DNA of 64,000 bases from Pseudomonadota bacterium (GTDB taxonomy: Bacteria; Desulfobacterota; Desulfovibrionia; Desulfovibrionales; Desulfovibrionaceae), in the NCBI GenBank assembly GCA_023433925.1, contig JAEYTO010000007.1:5633-69632 (forward strand). Reading direction: 5' to 3'. The translations under genes and the position numbers were made by a program. This document shows positions 29,239-41,652 of this stretch, one piece after another. Position 1 is the stretch's first letter. Each line of letters opens with the position of its first letter. Under the pieces are notes generated by a model. The model was not told the origin of the DNA and made no database searches. It was given only the letters and a program-made list of their open reading frames with translations.

Positions 29239-29949
29239 TTAGGCTTGAGCAGCCCGACGCACGGCGATGAAGGACTTGGGCAACCCCACGATACGCTCGG
29301 TAATGATAACGGCATCGGGAAAGAGCGCCTGCATCATCCGCCTGGACAATAGACGAGCATGCTGCACGGAGTACATGGCCTCCAGGTCGGACTCGGCTCT
29401 GGAAACATGGCCCATCCCGAATTTCCGGATCAGGAGGAGTCGTGCCGGCTCGGGAAGCCAATGGATGAACGGGACCATGAAGTGCGGCTCCAGCGGAAAC
29501 CAGAAATTGGGAGTCTGTACAAAATAGCTGCGCCCCACGCGCCTGATCTCCCTGGCAAACCGCTCCATGCGCTCCCAGTCGCCCACGTGCTCCAGTACGG
29601 AGTTGGAGTGCACGATGTGGAATTCGCCATCAGCGAAACGCGACAGGTCGCAGCCATCCCCTTCCAGATGGCTGAACACCGCATTATTCCTGGCTGTTAT
29701 TGCCATAGCCCCCGGCACGTTCAGCAGGTGGATGTGCAACCTGGTTTCGCCCAGACGCTCCCAGTCAAGGATATTCCAGTACTCCCTGGTTCCTCCAACA
29801 TCAAGAATACGCACCAGCCCATTGCCCGCCGAATGCTGGCGAATCAAGTCATAAAAGCTTTCGAAGCGCCGCTGCCTGAATCTGCAGCCAAGCTCGTCTC
29901 GGGCATTGAAGTCGTTAGTCACTCTGGCAAGCATTTTACCGATATGCAT
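29239..29949 (-). CDS. Class I SAM-dependent methyltransferase
   Basis: ILDVGGT, GDGCDL, HSNSVLEHV, VQTPNFWFPLEPH; lower GC than its neighbours. Confidence 0.85.
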   Translation of the reverse strand: MHIGKMLARVTNDFNARDELGCRFRQRRFESFYDLIRQHSAGNGLVRILDVGGTREYWNILDWERLGETRLHIHLLNVPGAMAITARNNAVFSHLEGDGCDLSRFADGEFHIVHSNSVLEHVGDWERMERFAREIRRVGRSYFVQTPNFWFPLEPHFMVPFIHWLPEPARLLLIRKFGMGHVSRAESDLEAMYSVQHARLLSRRMMQALFPDAVIITERIVGLPKSFIAVRRAAQA

Positions 29950-30372
29950 GCTGATCCCCTTCGGAACATGAACGACGAGTCCACACGCTCTCCCCCGCGA
30001 GATGCTTCGCCCGGCAGTCAGGCTTTTATTTATTTGGGAAAAAAGGCGTTTAGTACATGATACTATTCTGGCGACATGTATAATCGTATCCCCAGCGAGC
30101 GTAAGATGAGCCCATGAAAGCAGGCGAAAAAGGTTGCAAGACAACGGCTCTCCTTCTCCGCTTGCGGAGGCTCATGGCAATGTGACCAAGGCCTGCGAGC
30201 AAAGAGGCGCGCACGGAAGCCGTTTCCAGGAGTGTCGCAGTTGCGCAGCCCCCTCACGCCGGGCACCTCGCGCGGATCAGTCGGTGACAGACGTTATCCT
30301 CTTACCCGGCTTCATCCGGCTTCAGGCGACGTTGTGAACCGCTTGCGGGGAAGCGCGGGAACGCATGAACGG

Positions 30373-30405
30373 AAAAGGCGGCGGGCCAGAGCCCGCCGCC
30401 TCCTT
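30373..30405. terminator. Terminator-like hairpin after the beta-helix gene
   Basis: aggcggcgggc-caga-gcccgccgcct with an A tract. Confidence 0.7.
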
Positions 30406-30437
30406 GGTGCGTTCTGTTTCAGTCCGGTCGAGCCGCG

Positions 30438-32081
30438 CTACTGGGTGACCTTGATCACGCGCATGTTGCTCGGCGGGGCCACGACCGTGTACTCGTAGGC
30501 GCCCAGATCCGGAGCCGCGCCGCTGTACGGCAGGCCGACGTTCGTGCCCTTGTCGATGAGATTGCACTTTGCGCCGCTCGGCTTGTAGAACGGGTAGGGG
30601 CGGTTGCCGCTGTAGGCGAACTGGGGCTGGGCGGAGAAGTTGCCGCTCACGTTGGAGAAGGCTCCGGAGCCGTAGTCCCTGTTGGCCGCGCCGACGTTGT
30701 GCAGCATGTTATGCGTGACCTGAATGCCGCTCACGCTGTGGTTGGCGTTGACGAGCACCGCGTTGGCCGCGCCCATGAAGATGTTGTTGCGCACGGTGAT
30801 CTGATCCACGTCGCCCGCGCCGTCCTCGATGTAGATGCCCTGGCTCTTGCCACCATTACATCCGTCGATCACGTTGTTGTAGATGTGGATGTTGTCGCCG
30901 TCGAAGAGCTGCGCATAGGTGTCCGTGGTGCTGATGAGGATGCCGTCGCTGCGCATGTTGCGGAACACGTTGTTGCGCACGTGGAAGTTCCTGTTGATGC
31001 CGTAGCCCCAGATGCCCAGGCCGTGGGCGTAGGTCATGTTCGAGCCGGTGTTCTCGACGTAGTTGCCCTCGACGAGCACGTTCTCCACGTGGAAGCAGGC
31101 CTCGATGGCCGCGCGCACGCCGGCGCTGCCCACGCCCACGGGCACGTTGCTGGAGAAGGTGTTGCGGACGATCTGCCAGGACCAGGGCGTCTTGGGGCCG
31201 TTGGGGTTCTTGATGATGGAGAACCAGCCGTTGGTCTTGTTGTCGCGGAACTTGGTGTTGTTCTGCACCATCCAGACCTCGACGGCGATGACCTGCCAGG
31301 AGATGGTCTGGGTGTAGAGCTCGTTGTGGTGGAAGTCCACGTTGTCCCACCACAGGGCCGGGTTGCCCACGGCGCTCTTGAGGATGCCGTTGTTGTTGAT
31401 GACGTTGTAGCTGATCTCCGAATCCTTGATGGTGCTCGCGGTGAGCTTGCAGTTGGTCAGGTTGTTGTTGGTGATGACCACGCCGCGCGCCCACTCGTTG
31501 TCACCCGGCTGGGTGCTCGTGCGCGCGTCGTCGTCGCAGTAGTTGGCCGAGTTGGCCGGACGCCTGCCGCCGCAGGAGCTGTTCCAGGCAAAGGGCTTGC
31601 CCGAGACCGTGATGGCCAGATTGAAGCTCTCGAAGCTGTTGCCGGTGATGCGCTGTAAGCTGCGGCCCACGGAGGAGATGGCCGTGTTGCCGCCGTTGCC
31701 GATGAAGCGCAGGCCCGAGATCGTGTTGCTGCCGTCGATGACAGGCGTGCCGTTGTTCTCGGTCCTGATGTAGGTGCCGGCCGAGGTCCTGACGGTGGTC
31801 TTATCCCTGCCCGCGCCCTTGATGGACACGCCCGGGGCGAGCACCACGGTGGTGTTGTCGGTGTAGTCGCCGGCCAGGACGTTGATCACGTCGCCGCGAG
31901 CCTTGGCCATGGAGGCCGCGCGCGAGATGCTCTTCCAGGGAGACGAGCTCGATCCGTTGTTCCCGTCGTTGCCGGACGGAGACACGTAGTAGTTGGCGGC
32001 CATGGCGGCCGTGCCGGCGAGCACCATGGCCAGGCAGGCCAGGAGCGTGATGAGTCGATGCTTGAGTCTGGGCATATGCAT
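30438..32081 (-). CDS. Secreted right-handed parallel beta-helix protein
   Basis: Signal peptide (AMA-A), YYVSPSGNDGNNGS..SPWKSI, Asn-ladder repeats, IDKG...APDLGAYE. Confidence 0.85.
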   Translation of the reverse strand: MHMPRLKHRLITLLACLAMVLAGTAAMAANYYVSPSGNDGNNGSSSSPWKSISRAASMAKARGDVINVLAGDYTDNTTVVLAPGVSIKGAGRDKTTVRTSAGTYIRTENNGTPVIDGSNTISGLRFIGNGGNTAISSVGRSLQRITGNSFESFNLAITVSGKPFAWNSSCGGRRPANSANYCDDDARTSTQPGDNEWARGVVITNNNLTNCKLTASTIKDSEISYNVINNNGILKSAVGNPALWWDNVDFHHNELYTQTISWQVIAVEVWMVQNNTKFRDNKTNGWFSIIKNPNGPKTPWSWQIVRNTFSSNVPVGVGSAGVRAAIEACFHVENVLVEGNYVENTGSNMTYAHGLGIWGYGINRNFHVRNNVFRNMRSDGILISTTDTYAQLFDGDNIHIYNNVIDGCNGGKSQGIYIEDGAGDVDQITVRNNIFMGAANAVLVNANHSVSGIQVTHNMLHNVGAANRDYGSGAFSNVSGNFSAQPQFAYSGNRPYPFYKPSGAKCNLIDKGTNVGLPYSGAAPDLGAYEYTVVAPPSNMRVIKVTQ

Positions 32082-32161
32082 ATGAATCCCTCCTTGGGTC
32101 CGGGATGCCAAGTGTTTTCTCGTCTTGTGGGTTTAAGCGCTGATGCCTTGCGGGCGGGCGG

Positions 32162-32557
32162 TTAGAACAGGATGAGCATCCTGGAGGATGCGCCTCCGGT
32201 GTTTGCCTTGTTCTGGCCCACGGTGAAGGCGATCTCCTTGGACGGTTCGCTGGTGAAGCCGTAGGAGTCGTAGGCCACGGCGCAGAAGTAGTAGGTCTTG
32301 CCGGGCTCCAGGTCCGAGACGGTCACGCGCTGGGCCTTGCCCACGTCCATGTTCTGGTCGTACTGGCCGCTGCGCGTGCCGAAGTGCACGATGTAGCCGG
32401 CGACATTCTCCTCGGGGCTGGCGTTCCAGCGCAGGGTGAGCTGGGCGGCCTGGGCCGCGGTGCCGGCGAGGAGCAGGACAATGGCCAGCATGAACGCGGC
32501 CGCGAGCCTGCGGAACCTGGAATCAAGGATGTGCTGTTGCCGTGAAAGCGTTTTCAT
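32162..32557 (-). CDS. Small secreted fibronectin type III domain protein
   Basis: Signal peptide (AQA-A), LTLRW...VAGY...VSDLEPGKTYYFCAVAYD...SEPS; AGGAGG RBS. Confidence 0.85.
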   Translation of the reverse strand: MKTLSRQQHILDSRFRRLAAAFMLAIVLLLAGTAAQAAQLTLRWNASPEENVAGYIVHFGTRSGQYDQNMDVGKAQRVTVSDLEPGKTYYFCAVAYDSYGFTSEPSKEIAFTVGQNKANTGGASSRMLILF

Positions 32558-32622
32558 GTGCGAGTCCTCCTGGCAACATCACTTCAGGAAAGGGACGGGA
32601 AGCAAAAACAAGCCTGCTTCAT

Positions 32623-32711
32623 CTCGGCAGTCTCACGGCCATATCCTCTTGGCGAGGACTTAGGCTGAAGACTTTGCGTCCCACTCTTTGAAGTGGTTTG
32701 CCTTTAACGAG
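32623..32711 (-). ncRNA. Cyclic di-GMP-I (GEMM-I) riboswitch
   Basis: Reverse complement CUCGUUAAAGGCAAACCACUUCAAAGAGUGGGACGCAAAGUCUUCAGCCUAAG...UGGCCGUGAGACUGCCGAG has the GGCAAACC / GGGACGCAAAG / CCUAA / GCCGA hallmarks. Confidence 0.88.
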
Positions 32712-32867
32712 TGTTTGAAGCGAGCCGCCAAACACATCTCCATCTTCATCGGGAGATGGTGCAGTGGCTCGGTTCGGATTTACCGATGCCTTCCGTTGCT
32801 CTTTTCTTGGGATGCTTGGCTTGTTGATTGGATCAACACAATCTCAAGCGGCAGTCGACAGGCCTAA

Positions 32868-32883
32868 AGCATGAGTCGTGCCA
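32868..32883 (-). promoter_or_regulatory. Sigma54 -24/-12 promoter for the FN3/beta-helix operon
   Basis: TGGCACGACTCATGCT (GG-N10-GC); AT-rich tract upstream at 32931-32957. Confidence 0.75.
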
Positions 32884-33783
32884 AAGGCGCACAAAACAGG
32901 AGGAGCGCGGCGTTATGGGCATGGAAGACATTATTATTTAAAAACAAAATAATTAAGATCGCGGAGGGGCGGCGGAGCGCCGGCTGACTGATGGGATTCA
33001 AAAGCAGTGGGGGAGGGTCTGCCAGGAAGGCTGGAACCGGTCCAGGCAAATAGGCTGCTGAATTTACAGGACATGGTCGGAAATCGCCCGCGCGCGCCGC
33101 ACGGCGGGCGGCCGGGTCCGGATGCTTCGGGGCGCAAAATTTGCGCTTGGGCTGGTCACCATTTCGTGCCCAAGCCATGGCGCGGCCGCGTCCGTGCGGA
33201 TGGTGCGTGGCCCGGATCGCATGGCCCTGCCGGGATGGCCAGGCCTGGCGAAAGCCTCCAACCGGGCGCGAGGGCCGGTGTGCAGCCCGGCCGGCCCGTG
33301 CAATGATGCGCACTGACGGTCCTTGGCCGTGCACGGCTGGAGCAGAGGACATGCCTGCATGAGGCGGCGGCCCGCATGCGGCCGGCAGACGTCATGTAAT
33401 GCGGCGGATGCGGATCACCGCATCCCGGAATGCGTTGCGTTGCGCAGGGTGCGTTCCCCTGGATGAAGGCGGGATGGCCGGAGAGACAATGAGCGCTGGA
33501 GATATCCCTTGGGCCGCGCGCGCCGGGCGCTGCCGGCCGGATCCGACCGGCCGGCCTCGGGGCTCGCCGTCATGCGACCACATGCCACGGACCGGCTTGG
33601 GCTCGGCGGCTCCAGGCAGGCTTGTGCGCAAGGATGGGAACTCGATGGGCTCGCGTCAGGGCAAGGCCATGGATGTGGGGGGGGCGATGCGTGGGCGGCC
33701 CAGGGCCGGGCCTGGGGCGTTTGGGCGGAAAAAGCCCGGAAAGGGGCGGACCCCCTCCGGGCTGAATGGCGAGGCGAGCCATG

Positions 33784-34040
33784 GCATTTTGCAGATGAGG
33801 GTCCAGGGACAATCGTGCAGGACAGCACGATTGGACGTCGCCGCCTTGGGCGACGCCCGTAGGGCGAGGGCCAGGAAGGCCCGAGTCACAATCGTGCAGG
33901 ACAGCACGATTGGACGTCGCCGCCTTGGGCGACGTCCGCGGGGCGAGGGCCAGGATGGCCCGAGTCAAATCATTTCCCTGGCGGGTGAGAGTCCGAGAGA
34001 GGGCGCTGCCCTCTCTCGGTTGATTTGCAAAATGCTTTAA
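33784..34040. mobile_element. MITE/REP-like element carrying two inserted 79-bp modules
   Basis: Terminal inverted repeats gcattttgca(g)at / atttgcaaaatgc; the right part matches the reverse complement of 54227-54300. Confidence 0.7.
33809..33966 (+). repeat. Two tandem copies of a 79-bp four-hairpin module
   Basis: 33809-33887 and 33888-33966 are nearly identical. Confidence 0.92.
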
Positions 34041-34468
34041 GCCAGGACGGCCCCGGCGTTCGGGGGCAGGGCCGCGGGCACGGATTGGGCTGCTGGCTCG
34101 GACCGGCCCACGCGCCTTCCGCGGGGCAGGACCTTCATGGAATGGCCTTCGGCGAGCAGGAACTTGGCCAGGAGATCGCAGGCCCGCGTGGGCCGCGCGG
34201 TGTCGCCGCTGGTGAAGATGTCCACGGCGGCGTAGCCCAGGGAGGGCCAGGTATGGATTGATATGTGCGACTCCGCCAGAAGGCCCAGGGCGGTGACCCC
34301 CTGATTGTTGGGGACCTTGTGGCTGCTGACCTGGAGCAGGGCGGAGAGGGAAGACTCGCTGACCTTGGCGATGGCCTCGCGGATGCGCTGCTCATCGCTC
34401 AGGATTTCACGCGGACAGCCGGTAAGCTCAAGAATGCAGTGATTCCCGAGGCTGGCGCTTTTCATCAT
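34037..34468 (-). CDS. speD: S-adenosylmethionine decarboxylase proenzyme (pyruvoyl-dependent) homologue
   Basis: GNHCILEL, QGVT, LAESHISIHTWP, AVDIFTSG. Confidence 0.88.
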   Translation of the reverse strand: MMKSASLGNHCILELTGCPREILSDEQRIREAIAKVSESSLSALLQVSSHKVPNNQGVTALGLLAESHISIHTWPSLGYAAVDIFTSGDTARPTRACDLLAKFLLAEGHSMKVLPRGRRVGRSEPAAQSVPAALPPNAGAVLA

Positions 34469-34726
34469 GGGAACTACCTCCCAGTGCTTATGTTCGGGGC
34501 GCGATCACCCCCTTGGACATGGAACCTGCCGACGCTCGTCGGGGGCTGGGACTGTCGACGTCCACAATTGACTCCCTGTTGAGGTTCATGAATCCGGCTG
34601 GAGGCCTTCCGCCAGGCCGGTTGCGGGCTTGTGCCCGCGAGCCTGAACGGAACGATACGGAACGTTCCGCCCAGGACAGAAGTCCTGTAGCGCAATTATC
34701 GGCGCGAGGCAAGGCGAAACGGGCCT

Positions 34727-35602
34727 TCAGGCCCGGCGGATCAGTTCGCGCAGGGTCTTCAGGTTCATGCGATCCAGTTCGAGCCGCTCGCCCTCGTCCT
34801 TGGGCGTCTCGATGACCATGGGCAGTCCGGCGAAGCGCGGATCGTTGAGCAGCCTGCGAAACGGCTCCAGGCCGAGGCGGCCCTTGCCGATGTGCTCGTG
34901 GCGGTCCACGCGCGAGCCCCGGTCGGTCTTGGCGTCGTTCAGGTGGAACAGGCGCAGGCGCTCCAGGCCGATGGTCCTGTCGAAGGTCTCGAAAGTGGCC
35001 GCATAACCCTCGTCCGTGCGCAGATCGCAGCCGGCGGCGAAGGCGTGGCACGTATCCAGGCACACGGCCAGCCGCTGCGCGTGGCGCGAGCGGGCCATGA
35101 CCTCGGCCAGCTCCTCGAAGCTGCTGCCGAGCCCGCTGCCCTGGCCGGCGGTGTTCTCCAGGAGCACCCTGACGGCCCCGGAACCCTGGTCCACGGCCCC
35201 GGCTTCTTCCATGGCCGCGTCCAGGTTGTCCGTCAGCGCGGCGATGCCGGCCGCCACGCCCGCGCCCAGGTGCGCGCCGGGATGGAGCACGACCATGGGG
35301 ATGCCCAGCCGCGCGCAACGCACCAGCTCGTCGGCCAGGGCCTTGCGCGACTTGGCCGCCACCTCGGGGTCGGGCGAGGCCAGGTTGATCAGATAGGAGT
35401 CGTGGCTCGCCACGTGCGCGAAACCCCAGTTCGCCACGGCCAGGCGGAAGGCCTCGGCCTCCTCGTCCGTCACGGGCGCGGCCTTCCATTGGCGCTGGTT
35501 GCGCGTGAAGACCTGCAAGGCCTGGCCGTCGATGGAGGCGATGCGCTCCACGGCCTTGTGCAGGCCGCCGGCGATGGACATGTGCGCTCCGAGGAAGGGC
35601 AT
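34727..35602 (-). CDS. nfo: Endonuclease IV
   Basis: GAHMSIAGG, HDSYLINLAS, LENTAGQG, DTCHAFAAG, HLND, VDRHEHIG, ETP. Confidence 0.95.
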   Translation of the reverse strand: MPFLGAHMSIAGGLHKAVERIASIDGQALQVFTRNQRQWKAAPVTDEEAEAFRLAVANWGFAHVASHDSYLINLASPDPEVAAKSRKALADELVRCARLGIPMVVLHPGAHLGAGVAAGIAALTDNLDAAMEEAGAVDQGSGAVRVLLENTAGQGSGLGSSFEELAEVMARSRHAQRLAVCLDTCHAFAAGCDLRTDEGYAATFETFDRTIGLERLRLFHLNDAKTDRGSRVDRHEHIGKGRLGLEPFRRLLNDPRFAGLPMVIETPKDEGERLELDRMNLKTLRELIRRA

Positions 35603-35605
35603 GGC

Positions 35606-35971
35606 CTAACTCCCGGCGTGATCGCCGCTCTCGACGAGGCGGCCGCGAGGCTCGGGGTGGAAATAGAGCCAGGCCTCGATTTCCCGGCCGTCGTCCAGGG
35701 TCACCGGCACCTTCTCGCGGCGGTGGACGCTCGGGTGCTCCTTCAGGGCGTCCAGGACCATGAGCGTGGCCTGATCCACCTTGTAGACCTCGCCGCTGAT
35801 GCGGCTCACGGCCCGGCCCTTGACCACGCAGGGCTGCTCGCCCACGTACAGGGCGTGGCGTTCCCTGGTCCTGGCCCCGCCCAGGCAGGGCGAGCGGCCC
35901 AGCAGGCGGTGGCTCTGGAAGCCGCGGCGTAGCGTGCCGTGGGCGAAGACGTACTCGAAGTCGCGGGTCAT
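35606..35971 (-). CDS. Gamma-glutamylcyclotransferase (AIG2-like) family protein
   Basis: VFAHGTLRRG, ISGEVYKVD, AWLYF. Confidence 0.78.
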   Translation of the reverse strand: MTRDFEYVFAHGTLRRGFQSHRLLGRSPCLGGARTRERHALYVGEQPCVVKGRAVSRISGEVYKVDQATLMVLDALKEHPSVHRREKVPVTLDDGREIEAWLYFHPEPRGRLVESGDHAGS

Positions 35972-36390
35972 GGGTTCTACCTAGACACGGATGCCGGCCA
36001 AGGCAAGTCCGGGGTTGGCCCAAGCAGGCCCGCCTCCGGCGCGGGGCTTGGACCATGGATCGCGGCCGCATGGCGGCTCCGGAACGCCGTTTTCCCAGCG
36101 GGGCGAGCCCAAAAAGAGACCGCCGGATCGCCGGCAGGGCCTTCATTCACTTGGGCGCGGCCTGTCGTTCTTTCCGTGCAAGCCTCGGCCATGCACAGGC
36201 ATGAAAACGGAATGCCGATGTGGACAAACATGGGCGCTCGTGTAGGGTATCCTGTGCCGTGCCGCGCCTCATGGGTGCGCATGATCCCGCATCGGGGCTT
36301 CCATGCAACACCCATGGCGCGCCCGTGGCGCGCGCGCCGCGCATACGGAAGCCTGACCGCGGGCGGCACGGGCAAACAGGAGGCTCGAGC

Positions 36391-37614
36391 ATGATCATGC
36401 GCGCCAACATGCTATGCGTCATTCTCCTCGCCCTTGTCCCCTGCCTGGCGCACGCGGGAGCCAAGATCGGCGGCGACGGCGAAGCGAGCCTCGAACTGGG
36501 CTACCTGCTCCAGACCCACTACCGCCATGCAAGCCTCGACCCGGCCGAAGAGGACGGCGGAGGAGGAAACCACGACTTCATCCTGCGCCGGGGTCGTCTG
36601 CGCCTGGCGGCCACGCTCACGGAGGACATCGGCATGTTCCTGCAGACCGAGGCCACGGCCGGCATGAACGGCGGTCCCACGGTCAGGCTCATCGACGCCT
36701 ACGCCACCCTGCGCCTGTCCGAGCAGGCCACGCTCCACGCGGGCGAGCACATGGCCCCGGCCGGCCGGGAGATCCTGACCAGCCCGGCGGCCTTCCTGGC
36801 CATCGATCGGCCGGCCATGACCAACTACAACCTGACCTGGGGCCTGAACGCCCGGCCGCAATTCAACACCACGGACTTCACGGACTCGGACCTGGACCTG
36901 GAGGGCCAAGTCAACGTGCGCGACATCGGCGCCACCATGTTCGGCCTGCTCTCGGCCCGCGAGGAGCTGCACCTCAAGTACTACGCGGGCTTCTACGAGG
37001 GCCTGGAGGGGCCTGGGGCCGGCGCTCCGCCGCGCTTCACCGCCCGCGTCCAGCTCAACCTCCTGGACCCCGAGCCGGACTACTTCAATCTGGGCACCTA
37101 CCTGGGCGAGAAGCGCACCATATCCTTCGGCACGTCCGTGGACCTGCAGGACGACTTTGCCCGCGACCGGGCCGAGGGCGAGGATGTGGACTACTTCTGG
37201 TGGGAGCTGGACCTGTTCGCCGAGCTGCCGCTCGGTCCAGGCAGCCTGACGGTCGAGTGGCTCTACCAGGTCCTGGACCTGGACGGAGCTCGGGAGCTCC
37301 AGGACGAGGACGGCGGACCGGATGCGCTGGAGGACGCCCGGCGCGTGGAGGGCCAGGGCTTCTCCGTGCAGCTCGGCTACTACTTGCGGGACATCAAGCT
37401 CCAGCCGTGGCTGGGCTACGAGAGCTGGGACACCAGCCATCCGGACGACGCGGGCGGCTTCCGCGCGGCCAGGCTCGGCCTCAACTACTACCTGCGCGGG
37501 CACAACGCCAAGCTCTATGCCGGCTACGAGCTTTTCCTGGCCGAGGAGGACATCGCGGACACGGACGACAAGACCATGCACACGGTTCTGGCCGGAGTGA
37601 GCTTGTACTACTAG
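36391..37614 (+). CDS. Outer-membrane beta-barrel, porin O/P-like
   Basis: Signal peptide (AHA-G), FILRRGRLRL, LIDAY, GLNYYLRGHNAKL, aromatic C-terminus. Confidence 0.8.
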   Translation: MIMRANMLCVILLALVPCLAHAGAKIGGDGEASLELGYLLQTHYRHASLDPAEEDGGGGNHDFILRRGRLRLAATLTEDIGMFLQTEATAGMNGGPTVRLIDAYATLRLSEQATLHAGEHMAPAGREILTSPAAFLAIDRPAMTNYNLTWGLNARPQFNTTDFTDSDLDLEGQVNVRDIGATMFGLLSAREELHLKYYAGFYEGLEGPGAGAPPRFTARVQLNLLDPEPDYFNLGTYLGEKRTISFGTSVDLQDDFARDRAEGEDVDYFWWELDLFAELPLGPGSLTVEWLYQVLDLDGARELQDEDGGPDALEDARRVEGQGFSVQLGYYLRDIKLQPWLGYESWDTSHPDDAGGFRAARLGLNYYLRGHNAKLYAGYELFLAEEDIADTDDKTMHTVLAGVSLYY

Positions 37615-37711
37615 GGCGCCATGGGTCGCCCGGCCGATGGCCATGGCGCATCCCGCATGTTAGCGTGACGGACCCGGACGGATGGACTCCTGCTCATCGA
37701 GGGGTGGCGGC

Positions 37712-41392
<3,681 letters not shown>

Positions 41393-41493
41393 AGGCCCGG
41401 CCCACGGCTGCTCGCGGAGAATGCCGCGCCATCTTCATCAAATACTTTCGATATTATTTCAGAATATTGCCGGAGTGACGCAACTGAAAAAAC

Positions 41494-41533
41494 GGGGTTC
41501 CAAGGGGGCCGCGCCCCCTTGGCCGCCGGAGGC
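41494..41533. repeat. Short REP-like hairpin repeat
   Basis: ggggttccaagggggccgcgcccccttggccgccggaggc. Confidence 0.6.
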
Positions 41534-41537
41534 CGTA

Positions 41538-41652
41538 TAGAGCAACTTGCAGATGACTGGGAAGGGCTTTGCCCTCCCCAGACCCCACCCACCAAGGCCC
41601 GCTCTTGATAAGGCGGCCCTTGGAACCCGCATTTCATTTGCAAATGGCTCTA
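41538..41652. mobile_element. MITE/REP-like element with imperfect 19-bp terminal inverted repeats
   Basis: tagagcaacttgcagatga / tcatttgcaaatggctcta; the core is shared with 7481-7560 and 56921-57002. Confidence 0.75.

Noticed and set aside
29201..30584. Diversity-generating retroelement TR/VR pair
   Set aside because: Only 36 bp, mismatches are not adenine-specific, and there is no reverse transcriptase
13767..32557. PEP-CTERM/exosortase system
   Set aside because: The gene set is reminiscent, but no exosortase gene or PEP-TM-basic C-terminus is seen in the window
32960..33780. ORFs upstream of the FN3 operon promoter
   Set aside because: Low-complexity Arg/Gly/Pro frames without coding signal; no copy of the TTCTY-N7-GAGAA site noticed
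33809..33966. CRISPR array
   Set aside because: Only two contiguous 79-bp units, no unique spacers, and no cas genes in the window
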